A stretch of 64,000 nucleotides of DNA from Nitrospirota bacterium (GCA_963703955.1 CAVPGK010000017.1:224001-288000), one strand, 5' to 3'; shown: positions 29,251 through 41,128, counted from the stretch's first letter. The notes: generated by a model from the letters alone, not told the origin. A program made the numbers and translations.

Positions 29251-29834
29251 AACAGGACATGCGTGGTCGACGAGGGGCGGCCATGCTCATGCTGGCGGCG
29301 ATTTGCAGCCTCTTGATCGCAGCCAAGAACTCGACCCCTTCACATGGCATCCCGCCTGAAACGGTCGCAGACTGGATCCATGCCGTGATCGAGGCCGATC
29401 GAGCAATCTATTCACAACACGTGGTGGAACGGATGCAATCGAAGGGTATCGTGACCGCGTCCGAAAACTGGGAGGGGCAGAATACCTTGCCGCTGCCGGC
29501 TCAATTTCTCATTGAGGCCGCTCGGCTGGTCGGAAAGAAGGAAAACGGCATTCGCTACCGACTCGTGAGTCTGTGGCCGATCTACGAACGAAACGGCCCG
29601 GCAACGGAGTTTGAGCGGACTGCGCTGGAGGCCGTTCAAAAACACCGAAACAAGCCTTACACCGGCTACGTCGAAAGCGGGCGACGACGATACTTTCAGG
29701 CCATTTACGGCGACATCGCGGTGGCACAGGCCTGTATCGGCTGTCACAACACCCATCCCAACAGTCCACGACGCAACTTCAAGTTGAACGATGTAATGGG
29801 CGGAATCGTCATCACCATTCCAGTGGATCAATAG
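29247..29834 (+). CDS. DUF3365-like mono-haem cytochrome c #3
   Basis: CIGCH; ATGA overlap with the kinase stop. Confidence 0.85.
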   Translation: MKQDMRGRRGAAMLMLAAICSLLIAAKNSTPSHGIPPETVADWIHAVIEADRAIYSQHVVERMQSKGIVTASENWEGQNTLPLPAQFLIEAARLVGKKENGIRYRLVSLWPIYERNGPATEFERTALEAVQKHRNKPYTGYVESGRRRYFQAIYGDIAVAQACIGCHNTHPNSPRRNFKLNDVMGGIVITIPVDQ

Positions 29835-29929
29835 AAGGGCAGACAAGGAGGTCCGGCCCGGTTCGGCCGGTCCTTGCGGGTGAGTAGGGAGGTCGATGTC
29901 GCCGGCCGAATATCCGGTGGAGAAACCGC

Positions 29930-31387
29930 ATGCAGTTCTCATCGTACGATCCCGAAGAGTTTTACGACGAGATGTTTGAGCAGAAGGGACGGCCGCGCTC
30001 GGGGTGTGCGCTCTTACTGCGAAAGATGGCCGCGCTCTCAGACGGAGAGCTGAAACGGCGCCAGCAGGCGGCTGAGCGGGCGTTGCTAAATCTCGGCGTG
30101 ACGTTCGGTGTCTATGCCAATGAGACCGGACACGAGCACATCTTCCCTTGTGATATCGTCCCTCGGATCGTCGAGGCCTCCGATTGGGAGAGGATCGAAC
30201 GAGGGCTTCGCCAGCGGGTGATGGCGCTGAACTGCTTTATTGACGACGTCTATCATGACCAGAAGATCATCAAAGACGGAGTGGTTCCAGAGGAGATCGT
30301 CTCCTCCAGCAAGGGATTCCTCCGGTCGTGCGTGGGACTGAATCCGCCCAAGGGTATCTGGTGCCACATCGGCGGGATCGACCTGGTGCGGGTGAGCGAC
30401 GGCACGATTTACGTGCTCGAAGACAATCTGCGCTGCCCTTCCGGTGTCGCCTATGTCCTGGAAGCCCGGCAGGTGATGAAGCGCACCTTCCCGGAGCTGT
30501 TCGAGGCATCACGTGTCCGCCCGGTGGACGAATATCCGCGCCGTCTACTGGATACGCTCCAGCACATTGCCCTTCAGCCCGATCCCACGGTCGTGATCCT
30601 CACCCCCGGTATCTACAATTCGGCATATTGCGAGCACTCGCTTTTGGCACAGAAGATGGGGGTGGAACTGGTCGAAGGCGGCGACCTGGTTGTCGTGGAT
30701 GGATTCGTGCAGATGCGAACCACCAAGGGGTACAAACGGGTGGACGTCATCTATCGGCGGATCAATGACGACTATCTCGATCCATCGGTCTTCCGGTCGG
30801 ATTCCGTGCTGGGCGTTCCCGGCCTGATGGAGGTGTACCGGCAAGGTCGGGTTGCCTTGGCGAATGCGCCGGGAACCGGCGTGGCCGACGACAAGGCCAT
30901 CTATGCCTACGTGCCCAAGATTATCCACTACTACCTGGGGGAACAGCCGCTGCTCGCCAACGTTCCCACCTACATCTGCTCGGATGTGAAAGATCGGGCC
31001 TACGTGCTGGACAACTTGGAGCGGCTGGTAATCAAAGCGACCAATGAAGCCGGGGGCTACGGAATGCTGATCGGTCCTCATGCGAGCAAGCTGGAATGCG
31101 AGGATTTTGCGAATCGGATTCAGGCCGATCCGCGCAACTACATCGCTCAACCGACACTGGCGCTCTCGCGGGTTCCCTGCATCATCGATGATCACTTTGA
31201 GGGTCGGCATGTCGACCTCCGCCCGTACATCCTATACGGACAATCCATCTACGTGATGCCCGGCGGGCTGACCCGCGTCGCGTTGCGCAAGGGCTCCCTG
31301 GTGGTTAATTCCTCTCAGGGCGGGGGGAACAAAGACACCTGGGTCCTGTCCGGAGAGGCGTGTTCGCCCCAAGATGTCAGAACCTAA
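29930..31387 (+). CDS. Circularly permuted ATP-grasp type 2 ligase
   Basis: [50 protein letters not shown]. Confidence 0.93.
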   Translation: MQFSSYDPEEFYDEMFEQKGRPRSGCALLLRKMAALSDGELKRRQQAAERALLNLGVTFGVYANETGHEHIFPCDIVPRIVEASDWERIERGLRQRVMALNCFIDDVYHDQKIIKDGVVPEEIVSSSKGFLRSCVGLNPPKGIWCHIGGIDLVRVSDGTIYVLEDNLRCPSGVAYVLEARQVMKRTFPELFEASRVRPVDEYPRRLLDTLQHIALQPDPTVVILTPGIYNSAYCEHSLLAQKMGVELVEGGDLVVVDGFVQMRTTKGYKRVDVIYRRINDDYLDPSVFRSDSVLGVPGLMEVYRQGRVALANAPGTGVADDKAIYAYVPKIIHYYLGEQPLLANVPTYICSDVKDRAYVLDNLERLVIKATNEAGGYGMLIGPHASKLECEDFANRIQADPRNYIAQPTLALSRVPCIIDDHFEGRHVDLRPYILYGQSIYVMPGGLTRVALRKGSLVVNSSQGGGNKDTWVLSGEACSPQDVRT

Positions 31388-31429
31388 CCTGTCTCGAATT
31401 CAGATCATAAGCGCAGACGAGCATTTCCC

Positions 31430-32410
31430 ATGTTAAGCCGAGTGGCCAGCGCCATCTACTGGATGAACCGCTACATTGAGCGGGCGGAAAACTACGCGCG
31501 CTTTATCGATGTCAATCTCAACCTCACGCTTGACCTCCCTGAAGGGACCGCCGAGCAGTGGGAACCGTTGGTGATCACCACCGGCGACCACATACAATTC
31601 AATGAGCGATTCGGAAAAGCCACGAAGGAGAAGGTGATTCGGTTTCTCGCCGCTGATACCAAGAACCCCAACTCCGTCCTTTCCTGCTTGACGGCCGCAC
31701 GCGAGAATGCCCGCTCGGTTCGTGAGATCATCTCATCCGAAATGTGGGAGCAGGTAAACCGATTCTATCTGATGGTCAAGGAGGCTGTGACGAGTGGGCG
31801 ATCCATGCATGACCCGTACGGGTTCTTTGCCGACGTAAAGCAGGCGAGCCACCTGCTTATCGGCATCACCGATGCGACCATGTCACACGGCGAGGGGTGG
31901 CACTTTGGACGGATGGGTCGTCTCTTGGAACGCGCTGACAAGACCTCGCGGATACTCGACGTCAAGTACTTCATCCTGCTGCCCAGCATTGCGGACGTCG
32001 GCAGTCCGTTCGACAGCATCCAATGGTCCGCCTTGCTAAAGTCTGCCAGCGCGTTGGAGATGTACTGCAAACACTATGGTCGTATTGCCCCCAACGAGGT
32101 GGCCGAATTTCTGATTCTTAACCCAAATTTTCCCCGAGCCATCCGCTATTGCGTGATCAAAGCGGAGGAGTCCCTGCACGCGATTACCGGTTCGGAAGGC
32201 GGAAGCCGCAAGAGCCTTGCGGAAAAGCGTCTTGGCAGGCTAAGGGCGGAACTTGACTATGCCGATATCACGGAGCTCATGGCAGGAGGTCTGCACGAGT
32301 TTTTTGACGGCTTTCAGGCCGAGCTCAATTGCATCGGCGAGGCGATCTTCGAAACCTTTTTCGCCTTACGATCGGTCGAGGGTGTTGCGTCTCAAAGTCA
32401 GGTGCAGTGA
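31430..32410 (+). CDS. Alpha-E domain protein (DUF403)
   Basis: MLSRVA..YWMNRYIERAEN, ARENAR, LLERADKTSRILDVKY, FPRAI. Confidence 0.93.
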   Translation: MLSRVASAIYWMNRYIERAENYARFIDVNLNLTLDLPEGTAEQWEPLVITTGDHIQFNERFGKATKEKVIRFLAADTKNPNSVLSCLTAARENARSVREIISSEMWEQVNRFYLMVKEAVTSGRSMHDPYGFFADVKQASHLLIGITDATMSHGEGWHFGRMGRLLERADKTSRILDVKYFILLPSIADVGSPFDSIQWSALLKSASALEMYCKHYGRIAPNEVAEFLILNPNFPRAIRYCVIKAEESLHAITGSEGGSRKSLAEKRLGRLRAELDYADITELMAGGLHEFFDGFQAELNCIGEAIFETFFALRSVEGVASQSQVQ

Positions 32411-32649
32411 CGAGCGGCCCTCCCCTCGCGAACGGCTCAAGCGCATCCTCGGATGTCATCTCCGTTTCGGTCGTCCTTCTCCTTCCTATGCGCAATCATT
32501 TCCGCTCCGGCTGACAGACTTTCTCCAGCTTGGCGCATAGTGTATTGGTCGACCGTGAAGGCTATGTCTAGAGGACGAGTTCCGATCGTGAGTCAAACCG
32601 TTGTCCGCCGCGAATCCTCGCCGGCTCGACCAACATACTTGGGAACCAT

Positions 32650-33696
32650 ATGAGGACTTTTACGTGTGTGTGTGGGAGCGCACTCTTTTTCGAAAACAGC
32701 CAGTGCCTGGCGTGTGGTAGAGACGTCGGCTGGTGTCCCAAGTGCCAGAGCATGGTTGCATTGCTCCCGGAGTCGGGAACGTTTCGTTGTGCCAATGGAG
32801 TGTGCGGGACACGGTTGCTCAAGTGCGCCAACTATCTCCATGAAAACGTGTGCAACCGCTGCGTCGAGATTGGATCCGATCAACAAGTCCTATGCGATTG
32901 TTGCCGCTTAACCGACACCATCCCTGACCTTTCCGTGCAGGGGAATCGCGACAAATGGTATCGCCTAGAAGCAGCAAAGCGTCGGCTTGTCTACGACTTG
33001 AACTTGCTCGGCCTGCCGTTGAACGGTTCCCCGCGTTTGGCCTTCGACTTTAAGGCGGACATCCAAGCTGCGGGGTTCTGGCGAACGATGAGTGAGCAAG
33101 AACGCGTCTACACCGGCCACGTAAACGGGAAGATTACCATCAACATCCGGGAAGCTGACAGCGCCGAGCGGGAAAAGTTGCGTATCGATTTGGGAGAGGC
33201 TCATCGCACGCTAATCGGGCACTTCCGTCACGAGATCGGACATTATTATTGGGAAGCCCTGGTTCAGAACAAGCGCGAGCCGGAGTTCCGGCAAGTGTTC
33301 GGCGATCATGACAATCCACCCTATGCCGAGGCGCTTGAACGGTATTACGCTCAGGGGCCGCCGGCCGGCTGGCAACACGGATTTGTGAGCGCGTATGCCT
33401 CGATGCATCCGTGGGAAGACTTCGCCGAGACCTTCGCGCTCTATCTCGACGTGGTCAGCGTCCTCGATACCTCTCACAATATGGGGATTGGTGGTCCCGG
33501 TGGAACCGGCGCCGACCTTGATCAGATGGTTCCCTATTACCAGCGGCTCGGCATTTTCCTGAACGAGATGAACCGCGCGATGGGTCTTGTTGACTTTGTG
33601 CCCGAGGTCTTACATGTGCCCATCATTGAGAAGATGCGATTTATCCATCGCGTCGTTGTTGAGGCCGGCATGGCACCCATGCAAACCGCAGGATGA
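32650..33696 (+). CDS. Zinc-ribbon + zincin metallopeptidase (DUF2248-like)
   Basis: Cys-rich N-terminus (FFENSQCLAC), RHEIGHYYW (HExxH), YASMHPWEDFAET. Confidence 0.9.
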   Translation: MRTFTCVCGSALFFENSQCLACGRDVGWCPKCQSMVALLPESGTFRCANGVCGTRLLKCANYLHENVCNRCVEIGSDQQVLCDCCRLTDTIPDLSVQGNRDKWYRLEAAKRRLVYDLNLLGLPLNGSPRLAFDFKADIQAAGFWRTMSEQERVYTGHVNGKITINIREADSAEREKLRIDLGEAHRTLIGHFRHEIGHYYWEALVQNKREPEFRQVFGDHDNPPYAEALERYYAQGPPAGWQHGFVSAYASMHPWEDFAETFALYLDVVSVLDTSHNMGIGGPGGTGADLDQMVPYYQRLGIFLNEMNRAMGLVDFVPEVLHVPIIEKMRFIHRVVVEAGMAPMQTAG

Positions 33697-33910
33697 GACG
33701 GGATCCGCTTGCGATTTTCTTTCGGCAATGGATCAAGACAATATTTAAGGGGCTGAGTTGCCGAGAGCTCGGGCTGCACAACTGAGCGGAGATGTTCGGA
33801 TTTACGCTCATTCTGAAGCGCTGGTCGCGTATGATGCCCTCCAGGGGCGCCATGTTTCATTCAGCCCGCCGTAGTGATTGTTTGGAATTGTCTTTCCTTG
33901 AGGGAGGATC

Positions 33911-35788
33911 ATGGCTCTTCGACAGAGGGTTCACCTCTCCGTGCTCTTCAGCCTGGTGGGTATGACCTTCGTGACGCCTGAGGTTCAGGCCACGGAAACC
34001 TGTCCCGCTCACATAGACGCCAATTTCACCTGTCTCGTCACCTATCGTGGGATCGGCGCAGTGCTTGCCTCCCTTGTAGGCCCGGGACCGATGCCGGGCA
34101 GCGAACGACTCTTTCAAAGTCATATTTATGGAAACACGCTGGACATCGTCGCCGTGGATCCTGATTCCGGTGAGTATCAGGTGTTCCCAGGTCCGGTGCC
34201 GGGGGAGAACGGCGCGTGGGCGCTCGCGTGGGGACCGGATGGTAACCTCTACATAGGCACGCTGCCGCATGCTCACCTCTTTCAATTGAATCCTCGTACG
34301 GGGGTGATGACCGACTTGGGGCGGCCGAGCGACTCCGAGGAGTACATCTGGCGTCTGACGGTTGCCGCGGACGGGAAACTCTACGGGAGCACGTACCCAT
34401 CGGCCAAACTTGTCCGATTCGACCCGGCAACGGGCCGGAGTGAAGATCTAGGGAGCATGGATCCTGATGAACAGTATGCACTCTCAATCGCGGCCAGCGA
34501 TGACGGATATGTGTACGTGGGTATCGGGTATGGCAAGACACACCTGATCGCTTACGAAATCGCATCGGGCCATCATCGCGACATTCTTCCCGTGCAGGAC
34601 GAGGGAACCGGAGTCGTCGGTGTCCACCGGTATTCGGACGAGCGGATCTACGCCGGTGTCGGCGGCAAATACTTCCGCGTGCATGGGTGGGAACTTCACA
34701 CCGTGGACCCAGCGCTGGTGCCCAGTTTACCCGAGACCAACCGATTGCGCGACGGTCGGCTCGTCGTCAAGGCTGAGGAGGGGACTGTGCGGGTACGTGA
34801 TCCGAACACGAAGATCACCACGAAGCACCCATTCCTCTATGCCGGGAAGGAACTCGGCATATTTCGCCTCGGCATGGGGCCGGACGGGATGCTCTATGGC
34901 AGCGGATACATGCCGGCTCATCTCTTTCGTGCCGATCCCGCCACCGGCTCCCTCGAGGACCTGGGTATCGTGGGTGACGGCGAGATCTACAACTTCCTTC
35001 CTCAGAAAAACAGTCTTTTGGGCGCGGCCTACGTCGGGATGTCCCCGCTCATGATCTACCATCCGAGCAGACCGTTCGCACCGGGGATAGATGAGCAGGC
35101 TAACCCCCTCATGGTGCAGGTTCCTGAAGGATTCATCTCCTGGCGTCCCATGGCGATGATCAACGGGCCTGACGGCATGGTGTATCTCGGAGCTCAGGCT
35201 GAGTACGGCAAGCTAGGGGGTCCTTTGGTCACGTGGGATCCCACAACGAATCAGGTGGAGAGTTACGATCATCTTGTCACCGATCAGAGTGTGACCTCGC
35301 TCACGACCGCGCATGGCCAGATTATTGGCGGAACCACCATTCATGGCGGAGGCGGAAGTCATGAGACCCAGACGCAGGCCACACTGTTCATCTGGGACCC
35401 TACGATCCGGCGCAGGGTGTTTGACACTCCTGTAAGCGCCTCCAGCATCACTGACTTGATTGCCGCCACTGAGGATCGAATTTACGGGTTCGCGGACGGC
35501 ACGCTCTTCGTATTTGAACGATCCAGGCGGGAGCTCATGATGACGACGGCTTCGATCCCGGGTCTCATCTACAACAGCGTAACCCTTGGGCAGGATGGAT
35601 GGGTATGGGGATTGAGCGCCGACGGTATCTTCGCCATCGATCCGGTAAGTGGCTTCGCAACCCCGATTGCGAGAGCCCCGGAGCCGATCACCGCCGGATT
35701 CGCCGTGCAATGGCCGTATCTCTACTATGCATCGGGCCCACGAATCTATCGCTACACGTTTCCCTCTGCCGTGGGACAAAGGCAGTGA
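33911..35788 (+). CDS. Secreted multi-blade beta-propeller protein
   Basis: Signal peptide; repeated GPDGxLYxG / xDPxTG..DLG blades. Confidence 0.8.
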   Translation: MALRQRVHLSVLFSLVGMTFVTPEVQATETCPAHIDANFTCLVTYRGIGAVLASLVGPGPMPGSERLFQSHIYGNTLDIVAVDPDSGEYQVFPGPVPGENGAWALAWGPDGNLYIGTLPHAHLFQLNPRTGVMTDLGRPSDSEEYIWRLTVAADGKLYGSTYPSAKLVRFDPATGRSEDLGSMDPDEQYALSIAASDDGYVYVGIGYGKTHLIAYEIASGHHRDILPVQDEGTGVVGVHRYSDERIYAGVGGKYFRVHGWELHTVDPALVPSLPETNRLRDGRLVVKAEEGTVRVRDPNTKITTKHPFLYAGKELGIFRLGMGPDGMLYGSGYMPAHLFRADPATGSLEDLGIVGDGEIYNFLPQKNSLLGAAYVGMSPLMIYHPSRPFAPGIDEQANPLMVQVPEGFISWRPMAMINGPDGMVYLGAQAEYGKLGGPLVTWDPTTNQVESYDHLVTDQSVTSLTTAHGQIIGGTTIHGGGGSHETQTQATLFIWDPTIRRRVFDTPVSASSITDLIAATEDRIYGFADGTLFVFERSRRELMMTTASIPGLIYNSVTLGQDGWVWGLSADGIFAIDPVSGFATPIARAPEPITAGFAVQWPYLYYASGPRIYRYTFPSAVGQRQ

Positions 35789-35824
35789 CGGCGACTCAGC
35801 TCTGTGTAGTTCAACAGTCAGTGA

Positions 35825-38800
35825 TCAAGAGGCAGGCTTGCGGCGCAGATCGAGCGTGAACGGGAAATCGCGGTTGCGTCCTTCCTGCTGGACTGTCATG
35901 GGCCCCGGGGTATGGCCATGCTTCCAGAATCGCGCGAGGCGTCTGGCCTCGGCTTCGTTCGCGTTGACTGGAAATGACTTGTAATTTCGCCCGCCCGGAT
36001 GAACCACATGATAGGTGCAGCCGCCGATGGCGCGCTGGCTCCAGGTATCAACGAGATCGAACACCAGCGGCGCATGCACGGGGATGGTGGGATGCAAAGC
36101 CGAAGGAGGCTGCCATGCGCGGAAACGCACCCCTGCCACGAACTCACCGGATAGGCCAGTAGGGTGAAGGGGGACCGAGCGGCCGTTGCATATCACAGTG
36201 TGGCGTGTGTCTGTCATGCCGTTGACCTTGACCTGCACGCGTTCGACTGAGGAATCGACGTAGCGGGCCGTAGCCGCCGCCAATTCTTCTCCCAGCACAT
36301 GCCATGGTTCAATAGCTTGGCGCAGTTCCAGTTCGATGCCGTCGTAGACGACGCTGCCGTATCGGGGAAAGCGAAATTCGAGAAACGGCGCGAACCACTC
36401 CGCGTGGAACGGATACCCCGCCGTTCGCAAATCCTGCACGACGCCCCGCAGGTCTTGCGAAACGAAATGGGGCAGCATGAACCGGTCGTGCAACTCGGTT
36501 CCCCAGGATACCACCTGGCCCTGGTACGGCGTCTTCCAGAACCGGGCCACCAGGGCGCGCACCAGCAACATTTGCGCGAGGCTCATCTGCGGATGGGGCG
36601 GCATTTCAAACGCCCGGAATTCCACCAGACCCAAACGTCCCGTAGCAGAGCCCGGCGAATAGAGCTTGTCGATCGAGAATTCAGCGCGATGGGTGTTACC
36701 GGTCACGTCTACCAGCAAGTGGCGCAGCAAACGATCCACGAGCCACGGCGTGACTGTCTCCTGGCCGACTGGCTGCTTAGAGGCCATCTCCTGAAATGCG
36801 ATTTCCAGTTCGTAGAGGCTGTCATGCCGTGCCTCGTCCACCCGTGGCGCCTGGCTGGTCGGCCCCACGAACATGCCGGAAAACAGATAGGATAGCGCCG
36901 GATGATTCAGCCAATAGGTGACGAGGCTCTTGATCAGATCCGGACGGCGCAGCATCGGACTGTCTGCCGGGGTGGATCCCCCGAGGGTGATGTGATTGCC
37001 TCCACCGGTACCCGTGTGGCGGCCATCCAGCATGAACTTTTCCGTGCCGAGCCGCGACAGCCTCGCTTCTTCATAGAGGATGTGGGTATTTGCGGCGAGT
37101 TCTTCCCAGTCCTTTGCGGGATGGATGTTGACTTCGATCACGCCCGGGTCAGGGGTCACCTGAAGCGCTCGTACCCTGGGGTCGCGTGGAGGCGGATAGC
37201 CCTCGACCCACACCGGCGTCTCCAGTTCGGCGGCAGTCGCTTCCACCGCGCCGATCAGATCGAGATAATCCTCAAGATAGGTTTGGGGCGGCATGAAGAT
37301 GTGCAGCCGCCCCTGGCGGACTTCCACGCAAAGCGCGGTGCGGATCACGTCTTTGGCTGATTCAACGCCAGCGAACTCCTTGGTGATGGTTCCGTGCCGT
37401 GGGTTCCTTCGAGCACGTTTACGAAAGTCTGCCTCGGGTAGAGGATCGCGGGTTTCAAAAGGGTCCCGTTCGTGCTCGATCTCGGTGTCTTCAGGGGAGA
37501 TCTTCGGGAGCGACGCGAGCGGCAAGCGTGATCCGATGGGTGAATCGCCGGGCAACAGATAGAGGCGATCACGCTTCAGCGGCCAGGGACCTGAGAGCCA
37601 CGTCGCTGTGCGTGAAGTAGACGCGCTCTGGCCCGGTGATGCCGCCTTCAAGGGCAGCACATAGCCCGCGACTTTTCCCAACCCTCTATCGAGCAAGCGA
37701 GCCAGTGTCGTGCGCTGCTCCGGATCTTTTAGATCTTTTTGAAGCGGGTCCACATTGACCGGAAGACGTTGTTCCTCCGCCAGGTAATGCCACGCGTCTT
37801 CATAGGCGGGGATGGCAAAGTCGGGACTCACATTCAGGCGCTCGGCCAACCGGGTCACGAATGTCTGCGCATGGCCAACTGTGTACCCATACGCCACCGC
37901 CTCGTCCGCAATCAAGGCGGTGTTATGCCAAATCGGCTGTCCATCCAAGCGCCAGTAGCACCCCAGCGCCCAACGCGGCAAGGGCTCGCCGGGATACCAC
38001 TTGCCTTGCTCCGTAATGTAGCAGCGCGCCGGGAGCAAATCGGTTCTTCAGACGCGTGAGCAGGTTGCCTGCGAGCTTGCGCTTGGTGGGGCCGAAAGCG
38101 GCAGTCTTCCACTCGTCGCCGTCCATGTCGTCGATTGATACGAAGGTCGGCTCTCCGCCCATGGTCAGACGGACATCGCCGGTTTGCAAATCGGTGTCCA
38201 CTTGATGGCCCAGTGCCTCGATGGCCTGCCATTGTGTCTTCGGTGTAGGGCTTGGTGACCCGCGGATCTTCGTGAATCCGCGTGACCGACATGGCGACGT
38301 CCATCTCGGATTCACAGGGGTCGGTGAAACCAGAGACCGGGGCGGCGCTGGTGGGAGAAGCCGCGCACGCCAGCGGGATGTGCCCTTCGCCGGCCAGGAG
38401 GCCTGAGGTCGGGTCCAGCCCGATCCAGCCGGCTCCTGGGAATATACGACTTCGGCCCAGGCGTGCAGGTCGGTAAGGTCCTGCTTCGGGCCGGTTGGAC
38501 CGTCGAGCGGCTTGACGTCGGGGACAAGTTGAATCAAATACCCGGAAACAAATCGCGCGGCGAGTCCAAGATTTCGCAGTATCTGCACCAGCAACCAGCC
38601 GCTGTCGCGACACGAGCCGCGGCGTAAGGTCAGCGTTTGTTCACAGGTCTGAATGCCCGCTTCGAGCCGAACGATGTAATCGACGGTCTGGTGCACCCGC
38701 TTGTTGAGAGCGACAAGCAGGTCTGTGATGGGGTACTCTGTCCAGCTATGGTGACTAGCCTTAAACTGGGCGAGCCAGCCGTAAGAAAGGTCCCCCGGCG

Positions 38801-39164
38801 GCTCGGGTTCCAGAAAAGGACCGAGTTCGTTGGCCAGCTGTGCGGGATAAGAAAAGGGGAATGTCTCGGCATAGGTCTCGACGAAAAAATCGAAGGGATT
38901 GATGATCGTCATGTCGGCAACCAGGTCGACGAGCACCGCCAGATCGGTGGCCTTTTCAGGGAACACGAGGCGCGCCACGTAGTTGCCGTAAGGATCCTGT
39001 TGCCAGTTGATGAAGTGCTTGGCGGGGCGGACTTTCAACGAATAGCCGAGAATCGGAGTCCGGCAATGGGGGGCGGGGCGCAGTCTGACCTCATGAGGAG
39101 AGAGACCCACCGGTTGGTCAAATCGGTAGTGAGTGTTATGATTCAATGCGACCCGAATGCTCAT
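35825..39164 (-). CDS. Large transglutaminase + DUF2126 amidoligase fusion (about 1110 aa), frameshifted
   Basis: GSCRD, DLHAWAEV, GWIGLDPT triad; LTMGGEPTFVS, HTGTGGGNH; reconstructed across three frames by removing four extra bases (about 38010, 38235 and two at 38438-38447). Confidence 0.88.
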
Positions 39165-39167
39165 GGC

Positions 39168-39896
39168 TCACACGTCCCAGGGGGGATCCGGCAATTCACT
39201 GAACAGGCGCTTCAACCCGTCCTGCCACTGTTGGCGCATCATATCAAAATAGGGGTCTTGGTGCCCGAGGCGCCGCTGCGACCCGACTTTAAGACTGTCC
39301 TGTTCATAACACAGTAGATCGATCGGTAAGCCGACGGAGATATTGCTGCGCATGGTCGAATCGAACGAGACCAAGACGCATTTCGCCGCCTCGGTCAGAT
39401 GGGTCGAATAGGTGATCACACGATCGAGGATGGGCTTCCCGTATTTGAGTTCTCCGTTCTGGAAATATGGGGTATCCTGCGTCGCTTCGATAAAGTTTCC
39501 TTCCGTGTAGATGTTGAACAACCGGTGTCTCTCTCCTCTGATTTGGCCGCCGAGAATAAAGGCAGCGTTGGCATCAATGTTGTGCTCTAGGAGATAAGGC
39601 CCGTCGCGTTTGTGCACTTCGCGCAACGTCTCTCCAACCAGCCAGGCCGCCTGGTAGAGGGATCCCGCGTTCCACAGGTTTTCCTGATTCTCGTTCTTCC
39701 GTTGCTCGAGCAGACCCACCACCGCCTGCGTCACGGCCAGATTGCCGGAACTCAACATGACCAGCACCCGGTCGCCGGGGCGTTCGTAAACCGTCATCTT
39801 GCGGAAAGTTCCGACTTGATCGACTCCCGCATTAGTCCGTGAATCCGATGCCAGCACCAACCCAGACTCCAGCATGACCCCGACACAGTAGGTCAT
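39168..39896 (-). CDS. Anbu proteasome-type Ntn protease
   Basis: MTYCVG (N-terminal Thr nucleophile), SDSRTNAGVD, GNFI, KYGKPILDR, STMRSNISVG. Confidence 0.93.
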   Translation of the reverse strand: MTYCVGVMLESGLVLASDSRTNAGVDQVGTFRKMTVYERPGDRVLVMLSSGNLAVTQAVVGLLEQRKNENQENLWNAGSLYQAAWLVGETLREVHKRDGPYLLEHNIDANAAFILGGQIRGERHRLFNIYTEGNFIEATQDTPYFQNGELKYGKPILDRVITYSTHLTEAAKCVLVSFDSTMRSNISVGLPIDLLCYEQDSLKVGSQRRLGHQDPYFDMMRQQWQDGLKRLFSELPDPPWDV

Positions 39897-40411
39897 CGAT
39901 CAACCTCTCAGACGCGATGATAGTCAAATCGCCACAAGAGCGCGGTTCGTTAGATTATCATGACGCACCTTTGCGGCGCACCGTGTGACCTCGATCGCTG
40001 TGACGGCTATGGGATTCACCGAGCAGGCGGCTTCATGAAAATAGGCTGCGCCGGGAGCAGTGGTCCCGCCGGATCAGGATGCGGAAGGCTCCGGCCCGGA
40101 TCCCGGCAGGGTATTCTTCGATCTCGCTTCGCCGCTCGCGTCATCGTCCAATCTGAAGCCTTGGAAGAGCGGCAGATGAAACCGAGGGTAGACCACGACC
40201 ATCCATCCCGTCAAGCCGACCTCGACCGATGGCGTGTCAGTGAAGTGTCCTGTCCGATCTGATCAGGGTTGCCGCGCTCGACGTCTTCTCTGGCTCATCT
40301 ACACCGCCAAGTGGTGCGGTTCAGCCACGGTCTGGGGCATGCCCGTTGGCTGTCCAATCCGTCTTTCTGAGAATTCCACGAAATTTCAACAGTGGCGCAT
40401 TGCCGCTTTCG

Positions 40412-40427
40412 AGGCCTGTTGCTTGCA
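40412..40427 (+). promoter_or_regulatory. sigma54 promoter of cytochromes #4/#5
   Basis: AGGCCTGTTGCTTGCA, GG-N10-GC, with shared upstream motif pair. Confidence 0.65.
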
Positions 40428-40534
40428 GGTGATTGAAGAAGTTGGATACGATTCAACCGAAGGGTCTCTCTTGACCGTGCGGGTGCGAGGACACGCATGG
40501 TGTTGATCACCATGCCGGAACGGGAGGTGACATC

Positions 40535-41128
40535 ATGATCGGAAAGATGTCGGTGTGGGGAGCAATGGTGACCATGATCGTCGCGATGGTCGCCCACGGG
40601 GGGATTTCGTCGGGGGCTACCGAGTCCGGCGCTCAAATCGGAATTCCGCCGGAGACCGTGGCCGACTACCTGCATGCGGTGATCGAAGCCGACCGCACCT
40701 TTTACACGATCCATGTTGTGGAGAGGATGCAGGCGAATGGCATTGTGGTGGCCTCGGAAAATTGGCTCCCCGCAAAGACGCTGCCCCTTCCGGCCCAGTT
40801 CTTGATGGAGTCAGCCCGATTGGCGTCGATAACTGGGGCCAAGATCGCATACCGGCTCATCAGCCTGTGGCCTATCAACAAACAGAATGGGGCTTTGACT
40901 GAGTTCGAGCGAACAGGGCTGGAGGAGGTTCAAATGCACCCCGATCGTCGACATACCGGGATCATCACCCAAGAAGGGACTCGATACTTTCAGGCGATCT
41001 ATGCCGACAGGGCTGTCTCGCAGGCCTGCATCGGCTGCCACAATGCGCACCCGAACAGCCCGAAGCGCGACTTCAAGATGCATGATGTGATGGGAGCCAT
41101 CGTGATCACGATCCCGGAGGGTCAATAA
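40535..41128 (+). CDS. DUF3365-like mono-haem cytochrome c #4
   Basis: CIGCH, conserved blocks, GGAGGT RBS. Confidence 0.85.
   Translation: MIGKMSVWGAMVTMIVAMVAHGGISSGATESGAQIGIPPETVADYLHAVIEADRTFYTIHVVERMQANGIVVASENWLPAKTLPLPAQFLMESARLASITGAKIAYRLISLWPINKQNGALTEFERTGLEEVQMHPDRRHTGIITQEGTRYFQAIYADRAVSQACIGCHNAHPNSPKRDFKMHDVMGAIVITIPEGQ

Noticed and set aside
38005..38450. Transglutaminase pseudogenisation or recoding
   Set aside because: Four clustered extra bases with motifs intact on both sides and no nonsense codons; same error pattern as atpD, though true decay cannot be excluded without reads
39964..39980. NtrC-like box CGCACC-N5-GGCGCA upstream of anbu
   Set aside because: Two mismatches, single site and no sigma54 box found on the minus strand; too weak to call
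39960..40506. ORFs between anbu and cytochrome #4
   Set aside because: No recognisable motifs or RBS; region better explained as regulatory DNA
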